Shown: in pieces, positions 19,923 through 29,656 of the stretch
Position numbering within the stretch: the first letter of the stretch is position 1
How the letters are laid out: every line of letters starts with the position of its first letter
Source of the DNA: Ignisphaera sp.
GTDB lineage: Archaea; Thermoproteota; Thermoprotei_A; Sulfolobales; Ignisphaeraceae
Assembly (NCBI GenBank): GCA_038821645.1
Contig: JAWBDT010000007.1
Span: 11,667-75,666 of the forward strand
Length of the DNA stretch: 64,000 nucleotides
Direction: 5' to 3'
Notes under the pieces: model-generated
What the model was told of the DNA's origin: nothing
The model's input: the letters and a program-made list of their open reading frames with translations, nothing else
The model's database searches: none
Program-made: the position numbers and the translations under genes

Positions 19923-20637
19923 CTTTTAAGCTATTAATAAGATCTTGAGGAATCTCGAAAAAATGTTTAGCGACATCAATTACGTATCTTGTTGATGGTA
20001 ATGTATGTGGAATTCCTATATCGAGAGCTATCATGTTCTTAACCATATTCAGACTAGTTTTATTCTTGATCTCATTTTCAGATATCTTTTTACCTACTTC
20101 GTAAGCTATAACAAACCTTGTGAAACGTTTTATAGTCTCTTCTAAGGGTCTTAACACTACATACGTCTTCTTCAGTAACTCAAAGAATGATGATCTATCT
20201 ATAAAACCAAAATAATACATAGTGAAGATGTATCTAAGTAATCTTGCTACAAGCTTATCATCTAAAATTTTGCATATTCCTGGATACTCTTTACAGAGCT
20301 GATCATAACTTTCAACATTTTTTACTATATCTACTACTTTTTCGAGCATAACCTCTATAGAGAAGATGTTTTCGATAGCTTCTTTAGCAAGCTCTTCATT
20401 TATTGCTAAACCAAACTTCCCAATTATATATAGAGACGCCATATCTTTATCATATAAATCTGGAGAAGTACTAGAACCTCTTATAGGTTCGATGCCCATC
20501 TCTTCATAGCTTTTCTTTAATATTTCTACAGCTTGTTCTCTAGTTGATATATTCTCCTTAACTATTCTACTCCACGCATTAACTATAACAGCTACTCTTT
20601 TCCTCTTAATATTCATTATACCACCTAGCACATACAT
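19909..20637 (-). CDS. DUF2192-like crenarchaeal protein
   Basis: Motif PIRG...PDLYDKDMASLYIIGKFGL recalled from this family. Confidence 0.7.
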   Translation of the reverse strand: MYVLGGIMNIKRKRVAVIVNAWSRIVKENISTREQAVEILKKSYEEMGIEPIRGSSTSPDLYDKDMASLYIIGKFGLAINEELAKEAIENIFSIEVMLEKVVDIVKNVESYDQLCKEYPGICKILDDKLVARLLRYIFTMYYFGFIDRSSFFELLKKTYVVLRPLEETIKRFTRFVIAYEVGKKISENEIKNKTSLNMVKNMIALDIGIPHTLPSTRYVIDVAKHFFEIPQDLINSLKGENK

Positions 20638-20715
20638 GCACTCTCTATTTAAGTCGATTAAGATTAGGTATATAAACAGATATAAAGATTATTGACTATG
20701 AATTGAGGTTATAGA

Positions 20716-22296
20716 ATGAATCTAAATGTAGATATAGTGATTACTACAGATAGATCTATGATGACGAATCACCATAGAAAAGAGTTCCTAGGATTCATAG
20801 CTACAGCACCTCCTATTGTCTTTCCTGAATCATTATGGATGTATATATGTTGTCCAAAGCCAAAAGTGGATAGATATGGACGACCCATAGAAGCACCTTA
20901 TGGATTAAGAAAGATAGAAGCAGCACTTCAAGATGCTGGATTTAATGCATATATAATAGATCCTGATTATCTGAATAAATATGTAGACCAAGCCAAGATA
21001 CTGATGATAGGCCATCATGATTATTTTGCTTATGGTCCTCCAAGTTCTGAATGGTGGCTTATAACAAAGAAAGAACCAATCAATAGAAGAAGCTTCTTCA
21101 AGTTAATGGAGAATGAAGCAGTTAGAGTTATGAAGAAGAAAGGTGTGAAAATTGTTGTAGGTGGTCCTGCGGCATGGCAATGGTTATGGGAACCTGAGCT
21201 CGTGGAGAAGTGGGGTATTGATGTTATTGTTGAAGGTGAGGCCGATAAATTGATTGTCGATATAGCTAAGAAAATTATGGATGGTGAACCAGTGCCTAGG
21301 TATATATCTATAGGGGCAAAAGAATCTCCAAGTATTGATGAAATACCTCTGATAAAGGCTCCAAGTGTTAACGGTCTTGTAGAGATAACAAGAGGTTGTC
21401 CGAGAGGATGCAAATTCTGTAGTGTGACACTTAGACCTTTGAGACACATACCTATAGAGAGAATATTGAAGGAAATAGAGGTTAATATTTCTCATGGAAT
21501 AGATCATACAATTCTCCATAGTGAAGATGTTGTACTCTACGGAGCACTAGGAATAGAACCTAATCCTGATGCATTAATAAAACTCCATGAAGAAGTTGTG
21601 AAAAAAACTAAGACGTTAGCGTGGGCTCACGCCTCTTTAGCAGCTATAGCTGTTGCTCAAAGGAAACACAAGCTAATAACTAGAGTTACAGAAACAATTT
21701 ACTCTAACCTCAATCAAAATTACTTAGGTGTTGAAGTAGGGATAGAGACAGGATCGCCAAGACTTGCACAAATAATTATGCCCGCAAAAGCTATGCCATT
21801 TAAACCAACTGACTGGCCCAACGTAGTTGAAGAAGCGTTTTCGATCATGCATGACCATAACATAATACCTGCAGCAACGTTTATTCTAGGATTTCCTGGA
21901 GAAGAACCTGAAGATGTTGTTAAAACAATAGAGTTGTTAGAAAGACTAAAGAACTATAGAAGCGTTATCGTTCCCATGATATTTGTACCCATGGGTGCTC
22001 TAAAGAGTTCTGAAGGCGGTATCACCGGTCTTAATTTTACTCATGAGCATGCTGAAGCGATGAAGATAGCATTTTGGCATACTGTTAGATGGGCTGAGGA
22101 TATAATCAATAGATACTATCTATCGAAAGCATACCTTATGCCTGTGAGAGCATTATTGAAGTTGTTTTTGATATATGCTAAAAAGAAAATGAAGGAATTA
22201 GAGAAAGGATTTATATCTCGTTTAGAGAGTATAAATATTTCACTATCTCGTTCCTCAGATAGTTCAGTAGCTCTTGAAATGGTATGCAGAAACTAG
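20716..22296 (+). CDS. grsB: B12-binding radical SAM protein, GDGT ring synthase (GrsB-like)
   Basis: CPRGCKFC. The N-terminus (TTDRSMMTNHH.KEFLGF, APYGLRKIEA, HHDYF..GPPSS) matches my recollection of Sulfolobus GrsB. Confidence 0.7.
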   Translation: MNLNVDIVITTDRSMMTNHHRKEFLGFIATAPPIVFPESLWMYICCPKPKVDRYGRPIEAPYGLRKIEAALQDAGFNAYIIDPDYLNKYVDQAKILMIGHHDYFAYGPPSSEWWLITKKEPINRRSFFKLMENEAVRVMKKKGVKIVVGGPAAWQWLWEPELVEKWGIDVIVEGEADKLIVDIAKKIMDGEPVPRYISIGAKESPSIDEIPLIKAPSVNGLVEITRGCPRGCKFCSVTLRPLRHIPIERILKEIEVNISHGIDHTILHSEDVVLYGALGIEPNPDALIKLHEEVVKKTKTLAWAHASLAAIAVAQRKHKLITRVTETIYSNLNQNYLGVEVGIETGSPRLAQIIMPAKAMPFKPTDWPNVVEEAFSIMHDHNIIPAATFILGFPGEEPEDVVKTIELLERLKNYRSVIVPMIFVPMGALKSSEGGITGLNFTHEHAEAMKIAFWHTVRWAEDIINRYYLSKAYLMPVRALLKLFLIYAKKKMKELEKGFISRLESINISLSRSSDSSVALEMVCRN

Positions 22297-22357
22297 AAGA
22301 ATGTTCAGCTGAAGTGTTTTACAGTTAATAACTGTAAACAAGCTATATTTATTCTTA

Positions 22358-22867
22358 GTGATGCTAGTGGTATCAACGATAAAGTCTAAGGTGTTACTTA
22401 GTATAGCCATACTCAGAGAGCTAAACAATAAAGTCAACTACTATAAGTCTGTTGTCAATAAAAATATTGCTCAGTACAACGAATATATAGCTAAAACATC
22501 CAAGATACTTCCTGAGAAAACAAGAAATGTAGAAAGAGAGATAGAGTCTCTCAAGATACTGCATAAACACCTAGATTGTGTCTCCATATTTTTAGAGAGC
22601 ATTATACTAAGACTTGAGACACTCACAATATCAGGTAATGCTGTTGCAGCAGCAGTAGCACTAAAAGACGTAATCAAGATACTCAAAAAGAATATGAAAT
22701 ATGGTCCACCGATACTTTCAGTTCTTGTAGATAGATTGAATGATATCTCGAAAAGCATTATTCTAGAAATAGAAAATAGTATAGAAATGAAAGGAATGTC
22801 AGTAAAAGTGTCTTCAGAAGCTCTAAAGATAATTGAGGAAGCGAAAAAAATCTCCGGAATAGAATAG
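22358..22867 (+). CDS. ESCRT-III/CdvB paralog, short form (CdvB3-like)
   Basis: All-helical; LE.I.LRLETL..G and SEALKIIEEA match the CdvB/Snf7 core; no C-terminal tail. Confidence 0.7.
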   Translation: MMLVVSTIKSKVLLSIAILRELNNKVNYYKSVVNKNIAQYNEYIAKTSKILPEKTRNVEREIESLKILHKHLDCVSIFLESIILRLETLTISGNAVAAAVALKDVIKILKKNMKYGPPILSVLVDRLNDISKSIILEIENSIEMKGMSVKVSSEALKIIEEAKKISGIE

Positions 22868-22869
22868 CT

Positions 22870-23367
22870 TTATTTATCGCTCACACCTTTTATGTAGAGA
22901 AACAGTCTAGCAGTTCTCATAGGCAACGATACCTCAACAATTTGCACAGGTTTCCATCCAGGTATCTCGAAATCTAATGTGACAACCCTGGTACCAGGAA
23001 CAAGTTCACTTTCCAGCTTAGGCTTAAGAGCCTTGTTAACAGATGTAAGTAAGTACATATAGACAACGGTAGCATCTGACAAAGAAACTTTAAAGAAATC
23101 ATTATTAATAAACTCTATTCTATCTATAACATTCTCTAGCTTTGCATTGCCCTTGGCCTTCTCTATAAGTGTTGGATTCAACTCTATACATATTCCTTTC
23201 TTGGCTCCTTCCTTCAAAGCCCTTATAACAACTCTACCATCACCACATCCAAGATCATAGAATACATCATCATTTTTCACATTAGCTAACCTCATTATTA
23301 TATCTAAAAGTTCTTCTCGTGTTGGAACCCAAGGCACTCTTATAGTTCCATACGATTCCCATGACAA
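22870..23367 (-). CDS. Crenarchaeal protein-lysine N-methyltransferase (aKMT-like)
   Basis: Motifs VPWVPT, YDLGCGDGR, ATVVYMYLL, LKPKLE.EL.PGTRVV. Confidence 0.85.
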   Translation of the reverse strand: MSWESYGTIRVPWVPTREELLDIIMRLANVKNDDVFYDLGCGDGRVVIRALKEGAKKGICIELNPTLIEKAKGNAKLENVIDRIEFINNDFFKVSLSDATVVYMYLLTSVNKALKPKLESELVPGTRVVTLDFEIPGWKPVQIVEVSLPMRTARLFLYIKGVSDK

Positions 23368-23532
23368 CTCTTAACACCACTTAATGTTCAATCAGCAGCA
23401 TCCTCACTAATTTAAATCTTGTTCTACTTAAAAGTTTAACGATAAAGGTATGTGTAGAAGTGTCACTAAATATGGTAATTATTAAAAAGTTTGATGTAGT
23501 ATTTCGTTAATTTTTGTATTTAGTGAAACTTG

Positions 23533-24225
23533 TCATAAGGAATAACTTAACACATATACTGTCTTAGGTTTTATTGTACTTCTATCTATAGATATAGAAC
23601 TAGATTCAATTCTATTTATAATCCAATCCTTTGGAGCTTGCTTTAGAAAATCATCCACAGGTTTTAGTGGAAGTTCTAAACCTTGTATCCAGTAATGCAT
23701 AGGAATAACGATATTCGGATCCAGAACCTCTATCACTTTCCAGGCCTCTTTACCATCTATAGTGAAAACCCCTCCAACAGGTACCATAATTATATCAATA
23801 GGCTTGAGTTTAGAGGCTATATCTCCATTAAAAGTATGACCTAGGTCACCTAAATGAAGAATAGATATATCATCTACTACAACTTTATACAGAACGTTTC
23901 TTCCTCTTCTCTTCCCTTTATCTTTATCGTGATACGTCTCTATACCCATTATCTTAATATTGTCAACAATTTTTTCACCAACACTCATAGAGAATACTTT
24001 AGCACCAGGTTTTGCAACAACAGCATAAGCGTTATGATCAAAATGCTCATGTGTTATAAGAACTATATCGGCTAAAACCTGTGGAGTCTTTAGACCGAGG
24101 CTTTTTCCATCATGAGGATCTATAACTATAACCACTCCATTAGATGCTACAATCTCAAAACATGCATGTCCATGCCACCTTACAGTAATCATTATATACA
24201 CCCATTTTTTAACTATATAAAGCAA
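23533..24225 (-). CDS. MBL-fold metallo-hydrolase
   Basis: Motifs WHGHACF, THEHFDH, HLGDLGH, PMHY. Confidence 0.9.
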   Translation of the reverse strand: MLYIVKKWVYIMITVRWHGHACFEIVASNGVVIVIDPHDGKSLGLKTPQVLADIVLITHEHFDHNAYAVVAKPGAKVFSMSVGEKIVDNIKIMGIETYHDKDKGKRRGRNVLYKVVVDDISILHLGDLGHTFNGDIASKLKPIDIIMVPVGGVFTIDGKEAWKVIEVLDPNIVIPMHYWIQGLELPLKPVDDFLKQAPKDWIINRIESSSISIDRSTIKPKTVYVLSYSL

Positions 24226-24324
24226 CTAACAATATTAAAACTTTTTATATTTTTAGAGTATAGCTTTGCTAGAGTTTAGTTAATATCGGTTTTAGAGTCA
24301 AACCAGTAAAATGTTGATTGAAGG

Positions 24325-24669
24325 GTGAGATCCATGTATTTTGATCAAGATGTAGGAGGATCCCAGGAAAATACTAAAATTGATAAAAGATTTAATGTTA
24401 GACAGGCTATATATGATAATGAAGCTAAGATTAGACAAGCACTAATGATATTAACGAGAATAATGAATGATCCATCAATTCCTAGAAATATTAGAAGAGC
24501 AGCTATGTTTGCTATAAGAGCTTTAAATGAAAAACAACTTTCACCTGGTGTACGTGCAGCTAATGCTGTTGGTATACTTGATGAAGTGGGTCAAGATCCC
24601 AATATGCCTTTGCATGCAAGAACGTTGTTATGGTCTGCTATCTCAATTCTTGAAACTGTTAAAGATTAA
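24325..24669 (+). CDS. UPF0147 family protein
   Basis: Motifs [31 protein letters not shown]. Confidence 0.9.
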   Translation: MRSMYFDQDVGGSQENTKIDKRFNVRQAIYDNEAKIRQALMILTRIMNDPSIPRNIRRAAMFAIRALNEKQLSPGVRAANAVGILDEVGQDPNMPLHARTLLWSAISILETVKD

Positions 24670-24671
24670 GT

Positions 24672-26111
24672 GTGGAAGCAATGACATATACATACAGAGT
24701 TAGGGGGCCTTATTCAACAGCTATTGCTAAAATAATTATAGACTCAGGTCATAAACTTGTTGATCTTTCTGAACAACTAGCTCAAAGATTTTCTCTACCG
24801 CCGAGAAGAGAAGAAGTACCACATGCAACTGTTAAGACTAGCAATGATGATCCAAGTACCATAGTTATAGTCGGTTTAAGTAAGGCTGTAGAAGAGTTAT
24901 TCAACATTATAATATCTACTGTTCCATACATAGGTAGCGAAATAAATAGATATGGACCTTATACAACAGTTGTAGCACAAGTAAAAGGTTTTAAGGATAA
25001 TCAATGTATTGCTACGTTTAATGATATGATGCTTATGGTTCAAAACTATAGACATTGTGTAGAAGGCGAACCAGTGGTTGTGCATATTGTGAAACCTGCA
25101 GTATCATCGAATAGAACTGCTATAGCTTTTCCAGGAGTCTCTATATTAAAAGATACTTTAGTATTACTTGATGATGGTATGAGTAAGGTTTTCTTTAGTG
25201 AACATATAAGAGATCCAGAAAGAAGGTCTACACTTTTAACTTTATCGAATCATATACTCAGGATGGGTTACAGCATAAGATGGAGAAGTTCAGCTAAATC
25301 AGCAGAACTTGAGAAAATTGCCAAAGATTTAGAAGAAGCTTTACAAACATTACAAAATCTGGATGTCAAGAAGTATAGTGTTGGTGATGTTGTTATTGAA
25401 GGTGAGGCTATAGCATTCATTAGGTTATCAAGACCTTCGAAAGAGTATTTAGACACTATAAGAGATAGAGTAGTATCGACAGCCTTAGGTCATCATATAG
25501 CAAGATCCTGTAGGAATAACGGTTTTGTTGATATAATTGACAGAATGTCTAATTATCTTGATAAAGAGTCTCTATATAGAGCATTTAGGTACGCCATAGC
25601 TGACAATACTCTTGGGAAAATATTCAAGATTATCCATAGAAAGTTTACCGGAGAAAAAATAGAATTAAACGGTCTAGAGATAATAAACGTAGTAGATACA
25701 CAATTAGGTAAAGTCGTCATAGGTAGAAGATTCATTAAGACTGCAGGGATTTATGATGGACTAGATGTACCTAAAGAGCGTGGCGATGTAGCAATAACAT
25801 TGATACCCATAGATGAATGGTTTATAGTACATAGATATATAGGTATTAATGGAAACGAGAAAGGGATCTATATAAATATTAATACACCTCCAGAAATATG
25901 TATAGAGAATAGGACAATAAGCTACATAGATCTTCATGTGGATATAGTATATAGAGATGGTAAACTGAATATAATTGATTACAATGAATTTGAGAACACA
26001 TTAAGAAAAGGAATTGTTAGTAAAGATTTTGAAGAGAAAGTAAATGAAGTTATAAAATATGTAGAAAATAGTATGGAAGTAATAATAGGTGTAGCTAAAA
26101 AAGTAGTCTAA
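24672..26111 (+). CDS. fau-1: Ribonuclease FAU-1 (DUF402 C-terminal domain)
   Basis: Motifs RVRGPYSTA, WRSSA, GHH, GIYDGL, YININTPPE, YIDL.VD. Confidence 0.82.
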   Translation: MEAMTYTYRVRGPYSTAIAKIIIDSGHKLVDLSEQLAQRFSLPPRREEVPHATVKTSNDDPSTIVIVGLSKAVEELFNIIISTVPYIGSEINRYGPYTTVVAQVKGFKDNQCIATFNDMMLMVQNYRHCVEGEPVVVHIVKPAVSSNRTAIAFPGVSILKDTLVLLDDGMSKVFFSEHIRDPERRSTLLTLSNHILRMGYSIRWRSSAKSAELEKIAKDLEEALQTLQNLDVKKYSVGDVVIEGEAIAFIRLSRPSKEYLDTIRDRVVSTALGHHIARSCRNNGFVDIIDRMSNYLDKESLYRAFRYAIADNTLGKIFKIIHRKFTGEKIELNGLEIINVVDTQLGKVVIGRRFIKTAGIYDGLDVPKERGDVAITLIPIDEWFIVHRYIGINGNEKGIYININTPPEICIENRTISYIDLHVDIVYRDGKLNIIDYNEFENTLRKGIVSKDFEEKVNEVIKYVENSMEVIIGVAKKVV

Positions 26112-26115
26112 TTTC

Positions 26116-27093
26116 TTATTGAATTTCCTTTTGACTAGATCCCATTTCTCTTAACAATCTAAGTGTAACTATTTCAGCTATTTCAGCAGCCTCATATACT
26201 GCTACCATAGCTTCATGCGATACAGCCAAAACACCTGTGACATCTATACATTCTGAAGCTGAGGATAAGATCTCGTTTGATAGTTCTTCACGCTGTATCA
26301 ATACTTTCATAGCTTGCTGCATATTATGCATTATTAGAGAATTTATAGCCTTAGAAACATAGGACGATACCTTTGCAAATATATCCTTGAAGTTCTGACG
26401 ACATTTCTCGTATTTAACTATATTCAGCCCTGTTTTAAGAAATGTGTTTGAAACACGATCAAGAGTATCACCTATATGTTCTAGACTTTTTATGATTATA
26501 GCATATTCAAGTGCTGTAACTGGATCTCTAAATGATGTTCTCTTTATCGTTCTCATGCCTAGGAAATGGAATCTATCAAGATCATCATCTACTTTTATTA
26601 TCTCTTTAAGTTTCTCAATATTGCCTGACTCAAAATAGTCTATAAGCATGTCAAACATAGTGCTTATAGTGGTTCTCATAGAGATTAAGATATCGTTTAA
26701 ATCGGTATTGAGTTCATCAACAGAAACTTTGATTCTAAATATATCGCCATTCATAGCTATAGAGCCTGGCAACCTCATAGCTATTCTATAGAAGACTTCT
26801 CTAGCGATACTCCTAGGAACATCTATTGATATAATATCGTATCCCTCTATATAGCTAGCAACAATAAGTCTTTCAAGTTGGTTCATATCATCATGTTTTA
26901 AAGTAATCATGTTAGCTATTCTAGGTTGAGTAATTGTCAAAGGTCTAACTAGAAGATAGCCTGGACCCATAGTTACTTCTACTGAAGAACCTATATCGAC
27001 GTTGAGAAAGTTTAGCCATTCTTTTGGTATCGTTATACCTACACTTCTTTCCCCAATTCTAATAATCTTTCTCACATTTATCGACTGTTCCAT
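26116..27093 (-). CDS. Phosphate-uptake regulator, AbrB-PhoU fusion
   Basis: N-terminal RKI..IG..S.GITIPKEW (AbrB); DDDLDR and LEHIGD (PhoU). Confidence 0.88.
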   Translation of the reverse strand: MEQSINVRKIIRIGERSVGITIPKEWLNFLNVDIGSSVEVTMGPGYLLVRPLTITQPRIANMITLKHDDMNQLERLIVASYIEGYDIISIDVPRSIAREVFYRIAMRLPGSIAMNGDIFRIKVSVDELNTDLNDILISMRTTISTMFDMLIDYFESGNIEKLKEIIKVDDDLDRFHFLGMRTIKRTSFRDPVTALEYAIIIKSLEHIGDTLDRVSNTFLKTGLNIVKYEKCRQNFKDIFAKVSSYVSKAINSLIMHNMQQAMKVLIQREELSNEILSSASECIDVTGVLAVSHEAMVAVYEAAEIAEIVTLRLLREMGSSQKEIQ

Positions 27094-27128
27094 GGTATCA
27101 CTCTAGTTGAAGTTAGGTGATATAGATT

Positions 27129-27158
27129 ACACTCAGACATAGCGAGTTATATGAGTGT
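27129..27158. promoter_or_regulatory. Inverted repeat between the PhoU regulator and apgM
   Basis: ACACTCA-N16-TGAGTGT in the divergent intergenic region. Confidence 0.35.
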
Positions 27159-27289
27159 GACTCCCAGTATTTATTTCTAAATGGTTCCTTCAACAAATCA
27201 TGACATTTATTTAGCAAAGAAAGAGTCTAATCTTTATATACGAAATACATATCTTTATTTTGATAAACTTTAGGACAAGGGTATCAGAT

Positions 27290-28564
27290 ATGATTAAAAC
27301 AATATTAATAGTAATAGATGGAGCTACAGATGGCATTAGATTCAGACCTACGTCTCTAGAATTAGCCTATACACCAGGTCTTGACACTCTAGCGCAATAT
27401 GCTGTTGGTGGATGTTTCCATCCAATAGATCCTGGTACACCACCAGAGAGTGATGCTGCAGTATTCTCTATACTGGGGTATGATCCGAAGAATATAAATA
27501 TTGGTAGAGGTATTCTTGAAGCGTTAGGTGTTGGTATAGAGATTAGAGAAGGTTATGAAGTAGCTTTTAGAGCCAACTTTGCTACTATCGATCCCTCTAC
27601 ACTACGAATCTTAGATAGAAGAGTTGGTAGAAATCTTTCTTCAGAAGAAGCAAAAGAATTAGCTAAGGCTTTAGATGGTATGGAGCTTGGAGTATATGAT
27701 GGATATGCAAAAGTTGTAGCTACAATAGGTCATAGAGCTGTTGTGATCATAGGTAGCAGAAGTAAAAAGTTGAGTGCCAATGTATCTAATACTGATCCAG
27801 CATATGAAAGAGAAGGAAGGATTTCGGTAGCTCTGAAGAGCTTCGATCCTACTGTATCACCTTGTAGACCACTTGATGATTCTGAAGAAGCTAAAATCAC
27901 ATGTGAGTTAGTCAATGTGTTCACATCTAAAGCTATAGACATTCTAGAGAAACATATAGTGAATATTAAAAGAGCTGAGAAAGGTTTATTGAAGGCTAAT
28001 GTTCTACTCTTGAGAGATGCCGAAGACAGAGTACCGAGTATTCAACCAATTAAAGAAGTTTATGGAAAATCTTTTGGAATTATTGCAGAAATGCCTGTAG
28101 AAATAGGTATAGGTGTGCTTTTGGGTATGGATATATCTAGGGTATCGATCTCAGGGACAGTTGAAGATATGTATAGAGAACGAGTAGAAAAAACTCTAGA
28201 GCTTCTTAATAGAAATGATGTTGTTTATGTACATCTTAAGGGACCAGACGAACCAGGGCATGATGGTGATAAAAAGAGAAAGGTTATATCTATAGAGGCT
28301 ATAGATAGATATTATATTCAACCTCTTATAAAATCCATTGATTTAAATAATGTCGTAGTAATAGTAACATCAGATCATTGCACACCTCCAGAGTTAAAAG
28401 CACATAGCGGTGATGCTGTTCCATTCATAGTAGCACATAAACGTTTAAAGAAATTCGATGGATTCACTAGATTTACAGAAGCTGAATGCTGTACCAAAGG
28501 ATCGCTTGGAGTTTTTGAAAGGGGCCACATGGTTCTAAATAAAATATTTAGCTTACTAAAGTAG
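27290..28564 (+). CDS. apgM: 2,3-bisphosphoglycerate-independent phosphoglycerate mutase
   Basis: Motifs IDGATD, PESD, AFRANFAT, HLKGPDEPGHDG, TSDHCTP. Confidence 0.93.
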   Translation: MIKTILIVIDGATDGIRFRPTSLELAYTPGLDTLAQYAVGGCFHPIDPGTPPESDAAVFSILGYDPKNINIGRGILEALGVGIEIREGYEVAFRANFATIDPSTLRILDRRVGRNLSSEEAKELAKALDGMELGVYDGYAKVVATIGHRAVVIIGSRSKKLSANVSNTDPAYEREGRISVALKSFDPTVSPCRPLDDSEEAKITCELVNVFTSKAIDILEKHIVNIKRAEKGLLKANVLLLRDAEDRVPSIQPIKEVYGKSFGIIAEMPVEIGIGVLLGMDISRVSISGTVEDMYRERVEKTLELLNRNDVVYVHLKGPDEPGHDGDKKRKVISIEAIDRYYIQPLIKSIDLNNVVVIVTSDHCTPPELKAHSGDAVPFIVAHKRLKKFDGFTRFTEAECCTKGSLGVFERGHMVLNKIFSLLK

Positions 28565-28569
28565 ACTAC

Positions 28570-28629
28570 AGTTAGATGATGTTTGCACCTCCTATCTGAA
28601 TAATGATGAACGGTAAGAGTGCTGAAGAA
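28570..28629 (+). ncRNA. C/D box guide sRNA with predicted 16S rRNA targets
   Basis: ATGATGT-TTGCACCTCCTAT-CTGA-ata-ATGATGA-ACGGTAAGAGTG-CTGA. Guide 1 is complementary to archaeal 16S AGGAGGUGCA. Confidence 0.88.
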
Positions 28630-28647
28630 AGATGGTAGAGTGAGAAT

Positions 28648-29652
28648 ATGGGATATGTTGTAGGGGTTGACATAGGAGGTACATGGATTAGAGTAGCACT
28701 AGCTTCAAAAGATGGCTCTATAACTAAGAGATACATTACACCAACTCCTAGGGAAGGAGATAAATACACAGTTGCAAATACTATAACTGAAATAATTCGA
28801 AATATATTTTCTAGTTACATCCAAGAAATTGAGGCTATTGGTATAGGTACAGCAGGACCTCTGGATCTATCCAAAGGTACTGTAATAGGGGCACCCAACA
28901 TACCTATACATGTGTTTGAATTAGGTAAACCGCTTACAGAGGAGTTCAAAAAACCTGTGATTGTAGCAAATGACTGTATTGCTGCTGTATGGGGAGAAAA
29001 GCTATTCGGTTTAGGTCAAGATAAAAGCAACATAGTCTATATAACTTTAAGTACGGGTATAGGAGGAGGAGTCATTGTAAACGATACACTACTTCTGGGT
29101 AAGATGGGTAACGCTCATGAGGTAGGACATATGGTTGTAGATATTGAGGGTAGAATGGAATGTGGTTGTGGCGGTAAAGGTCATTGGGAAGCCTATGCAG
29201 GTGGCGCAAATATTCCAAAATTTGCTTCAAATATTATAAAGGACTCCAAGTTAAATGATGAAGATAAGGAATCACCTATATATAAAGCATTTATTGAACA
29301 AAAATTAACGTCTGAGATGATATATAGAGAAGCATCTAAAGGCGATAAACTTGCCCTCAAAATTGTTAATGAGATCAATAAATACAATATTGCTGGATTT
29401 GAAAACATAATAAATGTTTATGATCCAGAGATAATCACTATTGGAGGCGCTATAGCGCTCAAGAACCCTCCAACACTTGTTGTTGAGCCTATAAGGAAAG
29501 GTATCGAAAATTCAAAAGGTGTAGTTACATATAGGCCAAGAATAGAATTAACACCTCTTGGAGAAGATATAGTATTGATAGGGGCAATAGCGTTAGCTGT
29601 AAAACCTCCAAGAAACCTCATCTCTATGCTAAAATATCTAGAACAACCGTAG
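28648..29652 (+). CDS. glk: ROK family sugar kinase (glucokinase)
   Basis: Motifs DIGGT, ND, STGIGGG, EVGH, CGCGGKGHWEAY. Confidence 0.88.
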   Translation: MGYVVGVDIGGTWIRVALASKDGSITKRYITPTPREGDKYTVANTITEIIRNIFSSYIQEIEAIGIGTAGPLDLSKGTVIGAPNIPIHVFELGKPLTEEFKKPVIVANDCIAAVWGEKLFGLGQDKSNIVYITLSTGIGGGVIVNDTLLLGKMGNAHEVGHMVVDIEGRMECGCGGKGHWEAYAGGANIPKFASNIIKDSKLNDEDKESPIYKAFIEQKLTSEMIYREASKGDKLALKIVNEINKYNIAGFENIINVYDPEIITIGGAIALKNPPTLVVEPIRKGIENSKGVVTYRPRIELTPLGEDIVLIGAIALAVKPPRNLISMLKYLEQP

Positions 29653-29656
29653 GATC

